A stretch of DNA of 64,000 nucleotides from Amphiscolops sp. MND2022 (Eukaryota): positions 92,940,001 through 93,004,000 of the forward strand of contig OZ076409.1 in assembly GCA_964187785.1 (NCBI GenBank), read 5' to 3'. Below are positions 51,340 to 61,841 of the stretch, in pieces (position 1 is the first letter of the stretch; each line of letters opens with the position of its first letter). The notes beneath the pieces were generated by a model. That model was given only the letters and a program-made list of their open reading frames with translations, was not told where the DNA came from and made no database searches. Both the position numbers and the translations under genes were made by a program.

Positions 51340-51812
51340 AAAGATGGACCAAAAATCTCAAAACGTCTTCTTCTGTGGCATTTGACGGAAAACTCGAAGT
51401 TTGAATCAATTTTTCGCTTGTAAGTGACTGTTTTGTTCTATAGTAAAAATGTGCCAAATAAATACAATATATTCCACAGAATTGACTATCAGCAGGCTGA
51501 GGTAGCGTCGAAGATGGCTTGAATTAAAAGATACTTTGATTTCTCGGACGGACGGATCGACCAACTTTTGCAAAGATGTCCGCAAAATACTCTCAGAAAT
51601 CTCTCCCGAAACTATCGTAAAGTAACACTGTCTCATTTTTCGAAACGATGAGTTGCCAGTGTTCACCAGGTTGAGTTGAGGAATGTGTGTTCACAATAAT
51701 GAATCCTTTTTTTGCAAGGCAGGAAATGTATCTCGGGCAGAACAACCTCGAAACCGGAATTTGAGTACTAGGTCTTTGTTTATTAGGTCCGTTAACTGAG
51801 TGTTGTCAACCA
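51340..51812 (-). pseudogene. Adenain-like cysteine protease (frameshifted)
   Basis: Hand translation across frames gives IIVNTHSSTQPGEHW, YDSFG and QPADSQFCGIYCIY. Confidence 0.8.
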
Positions 51813-53101
51813 CTGTAAATACTGGAGTTTTTGATAACTTCTCTGTTGCGATCAAGGAGAACGATGGACCTCCTCTCGCCCATCAAAATGAGACGATATG
51901 GTTTTGTTGTTGCTTTGGAGAACTTCAGCTCTAGACCCAGCCGCGCGCCAGTGAGTTCAGGACGAATTGTGTTGTCCTCGATGTGGTAATCATCAGTTAA
52001 TTTAAAAACCAGACAGAAATGATTATTGAAATTGTCAAGAGTGATACCGTTACCACCATGTTCAAAACCAAGTGCCTTCAGAGTGCTGTAATAAGAACGA
52101 ACAAGAGTATCATTAAGATGCAAAGGCGTGGCCCCTACAAGTGCTCCTTCTCGATTGATTCGTACAGTCTCGAGGTCTATTTGCTGAAAGTGGAAAGGAT
52201 TTGTTTCAAAATTACCACTGAAGCTAGTTTCCGGCACCAAAAACAACACCAATCGACTTATCGGAGCACGGTTGAAGAGGTCGTCTCTGTAATACATAGT
52301 GACGCCACTGGAGATTAGGAACGATTTGGGGACCATCTCACGAAAATCGTAGTGAGCGGCTTTTTTGGACAACATTCGCTCGATTGTTAGAAAAGTCTCA
52401 TTTTTCAATTCCAGCTTGTGAACCAACAAAGAGGCGCTTACAATTTGTAAGGAGAAATCACCTGCTGAGTCTTTCGCACCTCCTTCATGGACCAACACAA
52501 ATTGGTCGGGTGCGCGATAAAGTCGAATTCTGACCTCGACACCAGGAAGTAGAAACTTATGATTGTCTGCCAAGAAGTTATCGGCAATTCTACCGTAAAG
52601 ACTCCACTTTGACGTCCAATTTTCACCTAGTTTCTTCCTGTTGCTGAATGCCTCATCACCACTAATGTCTCCAGGATTTGTTTCGAAACTGTACCCTTGA
52701 CAGCGTAGCCAGCCTTCTTTACACGAAGCGTTATGCGAAAGTTCTGCCTCAACCAACGCTTTGTATGGATATAAGTTGTTTGCTGACGACACTGGTGTCC
52801 CGTTAAGGGAAACCTCTACATTTTAGAATAAACTAAGCATTAAATTGTTAACAAAAACAGGTTTCTTATCAGTTACATCGTCATCATCACCTCTGCCAAG
52901 AAAGTTCATTTTGACCTCCAATTTCAGGAAAAGATTAACCAAGTCTATTACTGTACCTACAATGTCGGTTTTGGCCCCCTGGAAATCAAACTCCAACACC
53001 GGCCCATCCGCACTGTTTGCATTGAAAATTTCTTCATGATAACCACGTTGAAAATCGACAAAGATCTCAAAGGTCCCAAACAATGACAGTCCTGAATGCA
53101 T
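51806..53101 (-). pseudogene. Polinton major capsid protein (double jelly-roll), one in-frame stop
   Basis: SGLSLF...FVNNLMLSLF*NVEVSLNG..VSSANNLYPYKA...LLPGVEVRIRL...NPFHFQ. TAA at 52823 is in frame with both ORFs. Confidence 0.82.
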
Positions 53102-53397
53102 GCCAGGTACTGGTGGCTCGGAGTATCAGGCACAACAAGTGTATCAGGCATAATGAAAAGAGAAGTATAATTAACAGTTGAAAGTTTTTAATCTCAGTTA
53201 TCGTAGCAAACGAAAAGATGGTCAGGCGCGATCAACTATCGAAGCAAAAAAGTCTTGCCGGCTTCTTTTTTTCGATTTTGTTTTCCGTCGACGGACTGGT
53301 TTCCGTCCGATAAGAGAATCAAGTGACGATTTTTTCTTCTTTTTCAAAGGTTTCCGGCGACGCTGCTTGCTTTTCTTCTTCAGCTTCGGTTTCTTTT

Positions 53398-53733
53398 TTA
53401 GTTTCGGGTAGCGACCTTTTTTCTCCGAGGAACGCCACTAACACGACGCCGGCGACCGGAGCCCATTTGTTGTCGGTTAGTTTTTTTAATTGCATTTTTC
53501 ATGGCTGCTTTTGGCTTTGTACTTCCGTCCAAAAGGTTTATAACTTCTGGCACTGCCTGTTGTAGAAAAGACTTTGCCACAGGAATACCATAACGCTTAA
53601 CCATGGGAATGACGAAGCCTTTGAGGCCAGCTTTGATTGCGGTACCTATGCTGCTACCGTATTGGCGGTATGGTGATCCTTGGAAGTAATTCAAAGTAGG
53701 ATGTTGTGGTCTGTTGTGATTAGAATAGCTCAT
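53398..53733 (-). CDS. Small basic Polinton virion/core-like protein
   Basis: YFQGSPYRQYGSSIG..IK...K...IP motif and an Arg/Lys-rich tail, located between the minor and major capsid genes. Confidence 0.55.
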   Translation of the reverse strand: MSYSNHNRPQHPTLNYFQGSPYRQYGSSIGTAIKAGLKGFVIPMVKRYGIPVAKSFLQQAVPEVINLLDGSTKPKAAMKNAIKKTNRQQMGSGRRRRVSGVPRRKKVATRN

Positions 53734-53853
53734 TACACCTCCAGGTTGACTTTTTTGCAGGACACAAATGTAAAGCAACCAGTTTTGAAACACTTAAAAG
53801 CTAAACAAAGGAAATAAATACCATGCGTGTTATGATAAGGAAAATGGAAAAAA

Positions 53854-54684
53854 TCAAGTCTTCTTTCTCAATAAAAGAGTTAATGTTGTTCTTCCGACGC
53901 CAACGAAAGGTATCAGATCTCCTGTATCAGTGAGTAATTCTATCAGCAAGTCGGTCAAAGTTTTCTTTGACACTTTTTTGAATACTGGAGTTGAAAAGGA
54001 CCAGAAAGAACAAACGCCGTATCCGAAACTCTCCCCAGGTTTCTCCTCCAAATCTCTTGGCGGTATCTGCTGAGGGTTGAACAAAGGGAAAGTTTTCAAT
54101 AGAGGCGCTCTACTGTTTCCAACAAACTGCTGTTCTATGAAATCGCCATACACGTAAACTTGATGCCAATGATGAATATCAACTGGGAAATAGAATGGCA
54201 TGTCATGAAAATGAGGTGGATGCTTCCAGGGAGACTTCACCCGCTGACATCTAAGAATATGGAAAAGATCAGGCGACATATTTGCAAATTTGACAGTATT
54301 TGGGTAATTCAAAACAAATTTGTTTTCGGCATCGATTTTCCAACTGAAATAAACTTTCAACTTTTCTTTATTCCATGCCCCTCGCGCACGATGAATGCTT
54401 CTATTCATCTCATCAATGATTTCCTGCACGTCGTTGTAAACACCCCTCTCAAATTTGCAGTTTTGGACCCACTTCTTCCCACCTACATCCCAATAGAAAT
54501 CAAAGTAGGAGTCGCGTACGTTGTAAATCTTCCGGGGTTACGCTATTTCGGTGATCGCAACCTCCCACGGGCCATCAAGTTCAATGGAAGTCGGGAGGCA
54601 TGTCCTGAATGAAGCCAGAGTGTTCGACTGATACACATCAAGGGAAGCATTAGAAGAGAGTGTGATTGTGAAGGACTCACTCAT
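53854..54684 (-). pseudogene. Polinton minor capsid (penton-like) protein, one in-frame stop
   Basis: MSESFTITLSSNAS..Y.SNTLASF...LP..IEL.G.WEVAITEIA* then VYVYGDFIEQQFVGNSRAPLL; TAA at 54538. Confidence 0.72.
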
Positions 54685-54789
54685 GGTACCACCAGTTACA
54701 TTACTTGACCAAAAACATAGAGGCTTGATGGTAGATTAAATTAAATAGTGGTTGTGTCGTAGACTGTGCTAAAGGGTAGCAGCTACAGC

Positions 54790-55821
54790 TCAATTTAGGG
54801 TACGTTGATGACGCGGCCGGCTCCTAATCTGTAGATAGTTGAAATGAGTGAGCTCGGCGGTGTAAAATCTTCCCAAAATTGGCTCGTTTTTGATATCTTC
54901 CAATCTGTAAGTCGTTGCCAGCCCAGTTTTCTTAGGCTTACAAACTTGATGAACTTTAAAAACTTCATTGGTGTACTGTTGTTTGTAGCCTTTCCGGAAT
55001 GGCATGTTTTTCAGCGCAATACGTACTCGATCACCGACTTCAAATTGAGGTTTCTGCGGACGAGTCTTTGACTTTTCAAATTGGAGAGCAATTAGTTTGG
55101 GAACGTCTTTAGCAGTAACATTGGCAGCAGGCATACCAACGGCGCGATTGTAACGCCTATTTACAAGAGAAGCAAATTTTGGAAGTAGATGAACGTACTT
55201 GAAAGTTCGATGTTCTTCAAAAAACTTGTAGAGAATAGTTTTCAGTGTCCTGATCTAAAGCTCGGCCATACAGGTTTTTGTTTCACTGAAAGTACTGTAA
55301 ACTTCAATGTCGTTATCGTTGCAAATTTTCAAAAAATCACCCCTGAACTCTTTGCCTTGATCCACTCATAGCTTAATGGGGAACTGCATCGTCTCGAAAT
55401 TCAACATTTTCTCGAAGGCTGCTTCAGCAGCTGCAGCTGTTTTGTTCAACATCGGTTGCACCCAAATTTTTCTAGAGAGCGTGTTCACTGCAGGAAGTAA
55501 GTATTTGTTACCATTATTAAAATTGGCCAATTTCTCCATATATGCCACATCCAGTGACCAAATATGGTTAATGCCAAGCGATACAACAGGTAAGCGAGCG
55601 AATTTCCCTTTTGTCGCCCTGAACTTTGTGTACGTCGACGACGATTGTAGGTAAGCCAAAACCTTAGAACGTGGCAAGCCACTTGCTTTCACCAAATTTT
55701 TAACGCTGCCAAAAGCGGCCGGGTCACTTGGGGAGGTATAGATTCCATGGAGTTTACGATATTCTGACTCAGTCAACTTCCTCTCCTTGACATTTCGACG
55801 CCTGCTACGTTCGAAAGTCAT
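54790..55821 (-). pseudogene. Polinton retroviral-like (rve) integrase, two in-frame stops
   Basis: Y..P..P..FG, WSLDVAYM, TLSRKIW, L*VDQGKEF, MAE..IRTLK, F.VGDRVRI, FRKGY. Confidence 0.85.
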
Positions 55822-56435
55822 TGCATTCGCTGTGTATGAACGTTTTGATTAGTGATGTAGCTGAGACAATTGCGATTGATTACCAGATCATTGGCTCGTT
55901 TTAAAGAAATTGCCTTTGTTGGGGGGAATAAAATGTTCAAAACAAGAAAGTATTCTTGGGGCACCTTTTTTCGATACTGTTGAAGATCGCGGAGAAACTG
56001 TAGAATTTTGATGCTACTCGTTGGCGTTTTATGAGCCAAATTGTTACTCGTGAAAGAAAATGTAGCATTGGATTTATTGAATCTTATTCCTCTGGTCGAT
56101 ATCATCAGGACTATTAACCCCTGAACTCTTATTCTGCGGATAGACAATTCATGTTGTGTCTTTTGTAGGTCTTTTTCAGGTTCCTTCTCTGTTTTGGATT
56201 CCGGCAAAGGTTCAACAATTCCTTGGAGCCATTCTTTTTCAGCGGCGGGCGGCTCTTAACTGGAGTTTGATTGTTTTTCAAATGTTACATCGGGCTCAGA
56301 GTTCGGAGCATTTGGATAATGTGTTTGGTGGGTCGTGATACGTGAAGTAGTATCTGCTGTAGTACTGTTGATATCGCTGACCGATGAAGTAAGCTCAAGG
56401 TTATGAGATAGGGGAATCAAAACAAATTCTTCCAT
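55818..56435 (-). pseudogene. Polinton hypothetical protein (MEEFVLIP start, one in-frame stop)
   Basis: ATG 56435 is in frame with ORF 55818-56207, separated by one TAA. Confidence 0.45.
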
Positions 56436-56496
56436 CTAAATTGATCCCATTGTAATACCAAAAATGATTCGATTCGGCGTGACCCAATTCACAGCC

Positions 56497-57603
56497 TCAA
56501 CGATGATTCGGACTGTATAATGCATATTCCCGGTTAAGAATAGAAGAGGGCGACAACTTTGGAAAGGCAATGATTGGATAGTTTTTGGTCCTGTTTACAG
56601 TAATGTTGTGTGTGCCAACAGTGTGATCTTTATAGACACGAGCGTAATTGCTGAAAAGTTTTTTAGGAACGTAAAACCCAGTCGGTAGAACCTTTTTGAG
56701 ATTGATGAGGATCCGACTGTCTGGTTTCTCTTTCTTTTGCGTAATGTTGGTGGTTGAATGCACTTTTGATCGTTGTTTGTTTTGTTTAATCAGCGTAGTT
56801 ATGTCGTCGCTAGCTCTGCAGATACGGGTGCTAAACCTGAGGGCATCATGACAGTTGGTGCTGAGATCCTTCAGCAGGTGTCCATGTGGCACGGATGTGG
56901 CCAACTGGTAAGCATCTTGAAGGAACGCAGCATCAGCAATCTCCAGTTCGGACCCCAGTAGCCTGAGCTGCCGACCTATTCTTGGTGACTTGAGAATTAT
57001 CAATTGTGTTGTATTTTTGTCGACCGTGACACAATATTTACCCTGCTGGTACAAGTTATGCTTGATAAAAATCACATTGACCCCTTTATGTCGACCAGCA
57101 GTTGCAAGATTGGCGAAGTTTGCGCTTTGAAGAATTTCTTCGCACGAGTCATCAAAAATTGCCAATGCTTTTTCATTTCCAAACGTTGTATGGTATTTGC
57201 TTTCCTGGGATTGATGATCCGAGAGTTTTGAAATCAGTGTATCTATTCTTGAATGACTTGTCTTATGACCTGGGGTTTGGTGTTTCTGATTACCAAGTTT
57301 TGCAAGGCCGGTTTCGTTCTCCGTTTCAACCACGTTTTCAAAGAAAACTTTGCTTGGCACATCTTGATAGAATTGTTCAAATATTGTTTGCCAATGGCGG
57401 TAGAAGAGGATAACTTTTTCGAACCTCGGCCAGAAAATACCGTCGGAACGACTGGTCAGCATGTTTAGTAAAAGGTGTGTTTTACCAGAGCCTGATGCGC
57501 CACAGATACACATAAAAATGCGATTTTCTGTGGAAATTAATTTGTTCATTTCGTTATTTATTTGATCTGTCGAGATTATCAGCATTGGGTAACAAGTAGG
57601 CAA
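56497..57603 (-). CDS. Polinton packaging ATPase (A32/FtsK-HerA family)
   Basis: Walker A GASGSGKT, Walker B AIFDD, and ATAGRHKGVNVIFIKHNLY. Confidence 0.88.
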   Translation of the reverse strand: MPTCYPMLIISTDQINNEMNKLISTENRIFMCICGASGSGKTHLLLNMLTSRSDGIFWPRFEKVILFYRHWQTIFEQFYQDVPSKVFFENVVETENETGLAKLGNQKHQTPGHKTSHSRIDTLISKLSDHQSQESKYHTTFGNEKALAIFDDSCEEILQSANFANLATAGRHKGVNVIFIKHNLYQQGKYCVTVDKNTTQLIILKSPRIGRQLRLLGSELEIADAAFLQDAYQLATSVPHGHLLKDLSTNCHDALRFSTRICRASDDITTLIKQNKQRSKVHSTTNITQKKEKPDSRILINLKKVLPTGFYVPKKLFSNYARVYKDHTVGTHNITVNRTKNYPIIAFPKLSPSSILNREYALYSPNHR

Positions 57604-58045
57604 TGCAAGTGGAAAGAATCATGAAATGAGCAGTTCGTTCTTCACAATTTAGTGAGGATACCAATAACATTCTACTAACGGAGAACAAAACAAGACCCGT
57701 GACGAAAAAAATCTTTGAGAAAAAAATTTAAAAAGTTCGGCCTACTTGCCAATTGAAGCAGAGCCAAATGTCAGAGTCCTCTTCCACGTCAAAATATAAA
57801 CTGCAGGAAAGATTCATTGCGTCTATTGACTGGTTGTAAAGATTTAGTGTTGCATTTGATTCTGGCAAACATTTATAGTCAGGGTAATCCACGCCTTCAA
57901 TCTGCGTGTCGGGTTCAATGGGCAACGCGACCGAAGTGGTTGAAACAGCAGGAACCTCGTTTTTTCCCAGATTTGCTTCTTTTGATTGCTGATCGTGACG
58001 TTTTTGAGGTAATGAAAAACATTGCGCTGTTAATTCCGTTCTTTT

Positions 58046-58549
58046 TCAGTGTTGATTGGATGATTTCTTTACAGTGCGTTGTCTTTTCTCACTTTGGACT
58101 TTCACAGGTACTCTCGGGGCCGGAATAAGATAGGCTAACGTTGAGCTCAGAATGCTCATATAAATCGATGTATCGTGACACGAATTGCCAGTTATTTCTC
58201 GGTTCTGTTTTGTGCTTGCTTCAGTTTGGGTTGTGATAAGTTTCAACAGACAGAATGCGTCCAAAATAAAAATGACAGCAAGTTGTGTCAAAAATACAGC
58301 ATGAGAAAACGGTAAGCAACGCGGTGACTGCCCAATGGCCTCACAAAAAGACTCATCATTTTGTCGATCGCTAGCTTTGACCCTCTGACTCTGACTGTGG
58401 AGGTCCGCCAACTTGTAAGAGGTTGATTCTGATGACCCAGGGGAATTGTTACCAACTTTTCGTTCACTAAGAGGCGAGATGTCACTCTTTTCCAATCTCG
58501 TCTTTATTTGTGTCCTCGTCTGTTCCGTCGTGTACAAATTGTATCGCAA
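58046..58549 (-). CDS. Small two-TM membrane protein of the type seen in Polintons
   Basis: VFLTQLAVIFILDAFCLLKL...IYMSILSSTLAYLIPAP. Confidence 0.5.
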   Translation of the reverse strand: MRYNLYTTEQTRTQIKTRLEKSDISPLSERKVGNNSPGSSESTSYKLADLHSQSQRVKASDRQNDESFCEAIGQSPRCLPFSHAVFLTQLAVIFILDAFCLLKLITTQTEASTKQNREITGNSCHDTSIYMSILSSTLAYLIPAPRVPVKVQSEKRQRTVKKSSNQH

Positions 58550-58840
58550 CCATGCATCTTAAAAGCAAATAGACATTATTATCCAGAATCTCTGTACAGT
58601 GACTTCGTTAGTATAAGCTGAGACAAAACAATACTGAAACAAAGTAGTGAGAAGCCAAAAAAATACATTATCCACAGTATAAAATTTATCCATAGTATTA
58701 ATGTGCACATAAAGAAGAAAAAATTTAAAAACAAACTGATAGGAACCAAACAAAAATATACAGTTAGAATAAGGTTTGAACAAAAACAATGAAAAAATAC
58801 TAGCAAACTCTGAACACACAAAAAAAACATGAATAGGACA

Positions 58841-59632
58841 CTATGTCAAAACGCTTGTTGTCGGTGTAATGGGAGCTACTGGGGTTACAACCGGCTCCGA
58901 CAAGTTGTTAACCGTCGAAGCAATGGATGTCATTGAATCAGGAGGAAGTTGAAATTCGTCTTCAGATACTTCACTGTCAAAGTCATAGTCACCCATGTTA
59001 TCATCGCTATTGTTGTCACCTTGCCCGCTGTCCGTCTCTGACTGCTGCTCGACAGAAGCACGTATATTAGCTGCCGGAAGGTAGCGCAAGTCTGATGATG
59101 TTGAAGATCGGCCACAAGCGATAATTGATGAATTGCAGGAGTTGTTTTGCTGGACTGAAGGATTGTTAGTGAGCGTGCTAGCAGTTCGATTGGAGTCAAT
59201 TGTAATTAAACCTTGTTGCGTCATCCCATCAAAACTAGATGTGCTCGGCTGCGGGGCGTAACTTCTCAATGTCGGACTTATAGAGGTTCTGGGCACACAG
59301 CAAGTATTGTTACACCAGATACCGGCAATATTCATAAAATGATTGGGTCCGTTGGTATGCTGTGATGTATAGTGCCTCGTCATGTATGGCCTTTCTCTAA
59401 CCAAAGTGTTTTGGGCTGAATAACCGTAATTTGCTGTATTGTTAACAACATGATTGGACGTAAAGCCAGGGTTTTGGACTGACATTGTGTTACTGGGCTG
59501 CTGGGGGGCTATCCCGCTTTGTAAATGAGAGAGGAGAATTTGTGACGGCCGGCTGTACATTGGGATACCCCGTTGAATTCTCGTGTTGTCATTCTGAGCA
59601 TTCGTGTAGTCACGAAATTTCAAAATGTTCAT
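58841..59632 (-). CDS. Polinton hypothetical low-complexity protein
   Basis: 263-aa ATG-initiated ORF, S/N/T-rich with an acidic patch. Confidence 0.5.
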   Translation of the reverse strand: MNILKFRDYTNAQNDNTRIQRGIPMYSRPSQILLSHLQSGIAPQQPSNTMSVQNPGFTSNHVVNNTANYGYSAQNTLVRERPYMTRHYTSQHTNGPNHFMNIAGIWCNNTCCVPRTSISPTLRSYAPQPSTSSFDGMTQQGLITIDSNRTASTLTNNPSVQQNNSCNSSIIACGRSSTSSDLRYLPAANIRASVEQQSETDSGQGDNNSDDNMGDYDFDSEVSEDEFQLPPDSMTSIASTVNNLSEPVVTPVAPITPTTSVLT

Positions 59633-59890
59633 TGCAAGAGGTTTGCTGTGAACTAAACTGCAATACTCTTCTCAGCTCATATCAAATTGCTGCGTGCGAC
59701 CGACAGAATCCAATGGCACTGGCCCATATAAACCTCGGGGTTGCTCTCTAACTAGATACACTCTGGGATAGAGCACTTGTTGAGGGTTATGCGAGTAATT
59801 GTTGGGTTGTGTAGGAAGGTTTTGGTAGAACTGCAATGCAATGCGCAACGAATCTGATAATGGAACATAGGCGGACATGGCTTTTGGATG

Positions 59891-60565
59891 TCAATCGCTG
59901 GAGCAATTATTTGAGAAGTGCGCCAAATATCTGAAATGAGTGGAATACCTGATTTTTAACCAGAAGAAGAAGAGAAAACCTGTAAAATGCCCAAGCCAAA
60001 AAACATTTGGTAGTAACTGAAATGGTAGCATATAGTTGTAACCGGGGCCCTTCTGACGAGTCCGATACAAGTGGCCATAGGCATTATGGAAAACAGCGTG
60101 TAACTTCAAAATTGATGATATAGTTGAAAAAACGTAAAGCGTTCTGACGGTCATTCCAGGTCCAATTATACCGCCCCATGCTGCACAATGCGACAAATCA
60201 CCCATTTTGAAAATTTTGTTGATAGCACATTGATCACAAACTCCTTGACATGTACAAGAATTCGTTTCCACGATAATTACCGTTAAAAACAGAATGTGAT
60301 TGAAATAAAAACGTCGGGGGACGGAATTGTCGAGTTGTAGGTGAATTTTCCGGCAAATAGCATCGTGATCGATATCGCTTTCGTAACTTGCTGCAATCTC
60401 TTTGAGGCAATAATCAGCCATGATATCATATTTAGTTTTTGTGCAATGCCTGTGGAATTTGCGGGCAATTTCAAAAAACAATTCAAGTATTGACAAAGTC
60501 AGCGCAAACATGTATGACCGCTCCAATGTATTGAAACTGGGCAAAATAGTCTTTTCCAAAAACAC
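59891..60565 (-). CDS. Possible PLA2-like (parvovirus VP1u/adintovirus PLA2X-type) domain protein
   Basis: IIGPG loop followed about 20 aa later by HAVFHNAYG, where HN replaces the catalytic HD. Confidence 0.45.
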   Translation of the reverse strand: MFLEKTILPSFNTLERSYMFALTLSILELFFEIARKFHRHCTKTKYDIMADYCLKEIAASYESDIDHDAICRKIHLQLDNSVPRRFYFNHILFLTVIIVETNSCTCQGVCDQCAINKIFKMGDLSHCAAWGGIIGPGMTVRTLYVFSTISSILKLHAVFHNAYGHLYRTRQKGPGYNYMLPFQLLPNVFWLGHFTGFLFFFWLKIRYSTHFRYLAHFSNNCSSD

Positions 60566-60769
60566 GCAATACTAAATAATCGAGTACTAGATTGTGAAAA
60601 TAAAACCAATGATAGTCGACTTTTCCAAGAAAACATGGGGAAAAAACTCGCTGGGCCAGCTAAAGATTTGAAAGAAAAATAAAAATTAGACGAATATTTT
60701 ATTACAAGTAACCACTACGGACAACGTAAATACCACTACAGACTCTGTTGCATAGAGATACAATGAAGT

Positions 60770-61648
60770 TCACAAAGAACACGGGCTTTCATTTTGGAGG
60801 CTCGCTTCGGAAAAAGCTCTCTGTTTGCATAGTCTGCCGATTGTCTTTTTCCGCTCCATTTTCATTGCGTAATTGAAGGTATTTCCAACGATTGTGGTGA
60901 AACCGTCGTCAGCAGCAACAACAAAGCTGGTCCACAAGGAGTAAGGACACCATACATTTCTCTGATGCACTGGAAAGCTACCAAATTCTTTGTTTTTCAA
61001 GTCGATTCTGAAAAATTTTTGTATTTGGCGAACAACTCCTTCAAATTGCCAATTCATGTTGGTCTCTGTAGTAACAACTGGGTCAACAGGGTCTCTAAAT
61101 GTGTCAACAGGTAATGTTGAGGGTGAAATGGTGGCACTCGGGAAATCTGCGCTTCTCTCATTGACGGTCAGGTTGCCACTGTTTCCAGAAACAGAAACTT
61201 GTGCAGCCTCTTCCACTTTTATACGCTTAGCAGATGGATTCTTTCCTGCGACTGATTGTACAGAGACATCGTAGCCTACCTTACATTGTTGCCCTGTGGT
61301 ATTTGCTGCTGGTACATGGACTAAAATGTGATTATGATTGTCGATAGTGGAGGCGTCCCTTGGCTCCAGCAAAATGTAACACCGTCCAGATGGGAACCTG
61401 CTATTTTGTAATTGCGGTGACACATCACAAATGCATCGCACTTCATCAAAATTGTAACCGCATTGTCTGTAACAACTGAAAATATGTGCCCCCATTAGAT
61501 AATCGACATTTCTAGCAGCGAACATCTCACATAATTTTTCCCGTACGTACAGACATTGCTTCACTGTTTTGCCTTCAGAGTTTGGGTTTGGGTAAAAAAC
61601 GAAATGGGCATAAAAGGACGATGATTTACCTCGGCATTCCATTGACAA
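60770..61648 (-). CDS. Polinton hypothetical protein
   Basis: 292-aa ORF with a Cys/His cluster; no family recognised. Confidence 0.5.
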   Translation of the reverse strand: MSMECRGKSSSFYAHFVFYPNPNSEGKTVKQCLYVREKLCEMFAARNVDYLMGAHIFSCYRQCGYNFDEVRCICDVSPQLQNSRFPSGRCYILLEPRDASTIDNHNHILVHVPAANTTGQQCKVGYDVSVQSVAGKNPSAKRIKVEEAAQVSVSGNSGNLTVNERSADFPSATISPSTLPVDTFRDPVDPVVTTETNMNWQFEGVVRQIQKFFRIDLKNKEFGSFPVHQRNVWCPYSLWTSFVVAADDGFTTIVGNTFNYAMKMERKKTIGRLCKQRAFSEASLQNESPCSL

Positions 61649-61841
61649 AAAGTCTGAAACACAGCAGTTCGTTAATCGGGCCAGTTTTGATTATTAACCA
61701 AGGAGGATGTTTAATCCAGATGATCAATCGAGATTTGAGCACAAATTTTATTTTCAAAAGCAAAGTAATAGCCACACAACAAGCACGAATGTTTTACTAA
61801 CTTGATAAAATTTATATATGTCTAAAATGAGAAGTTATTGT

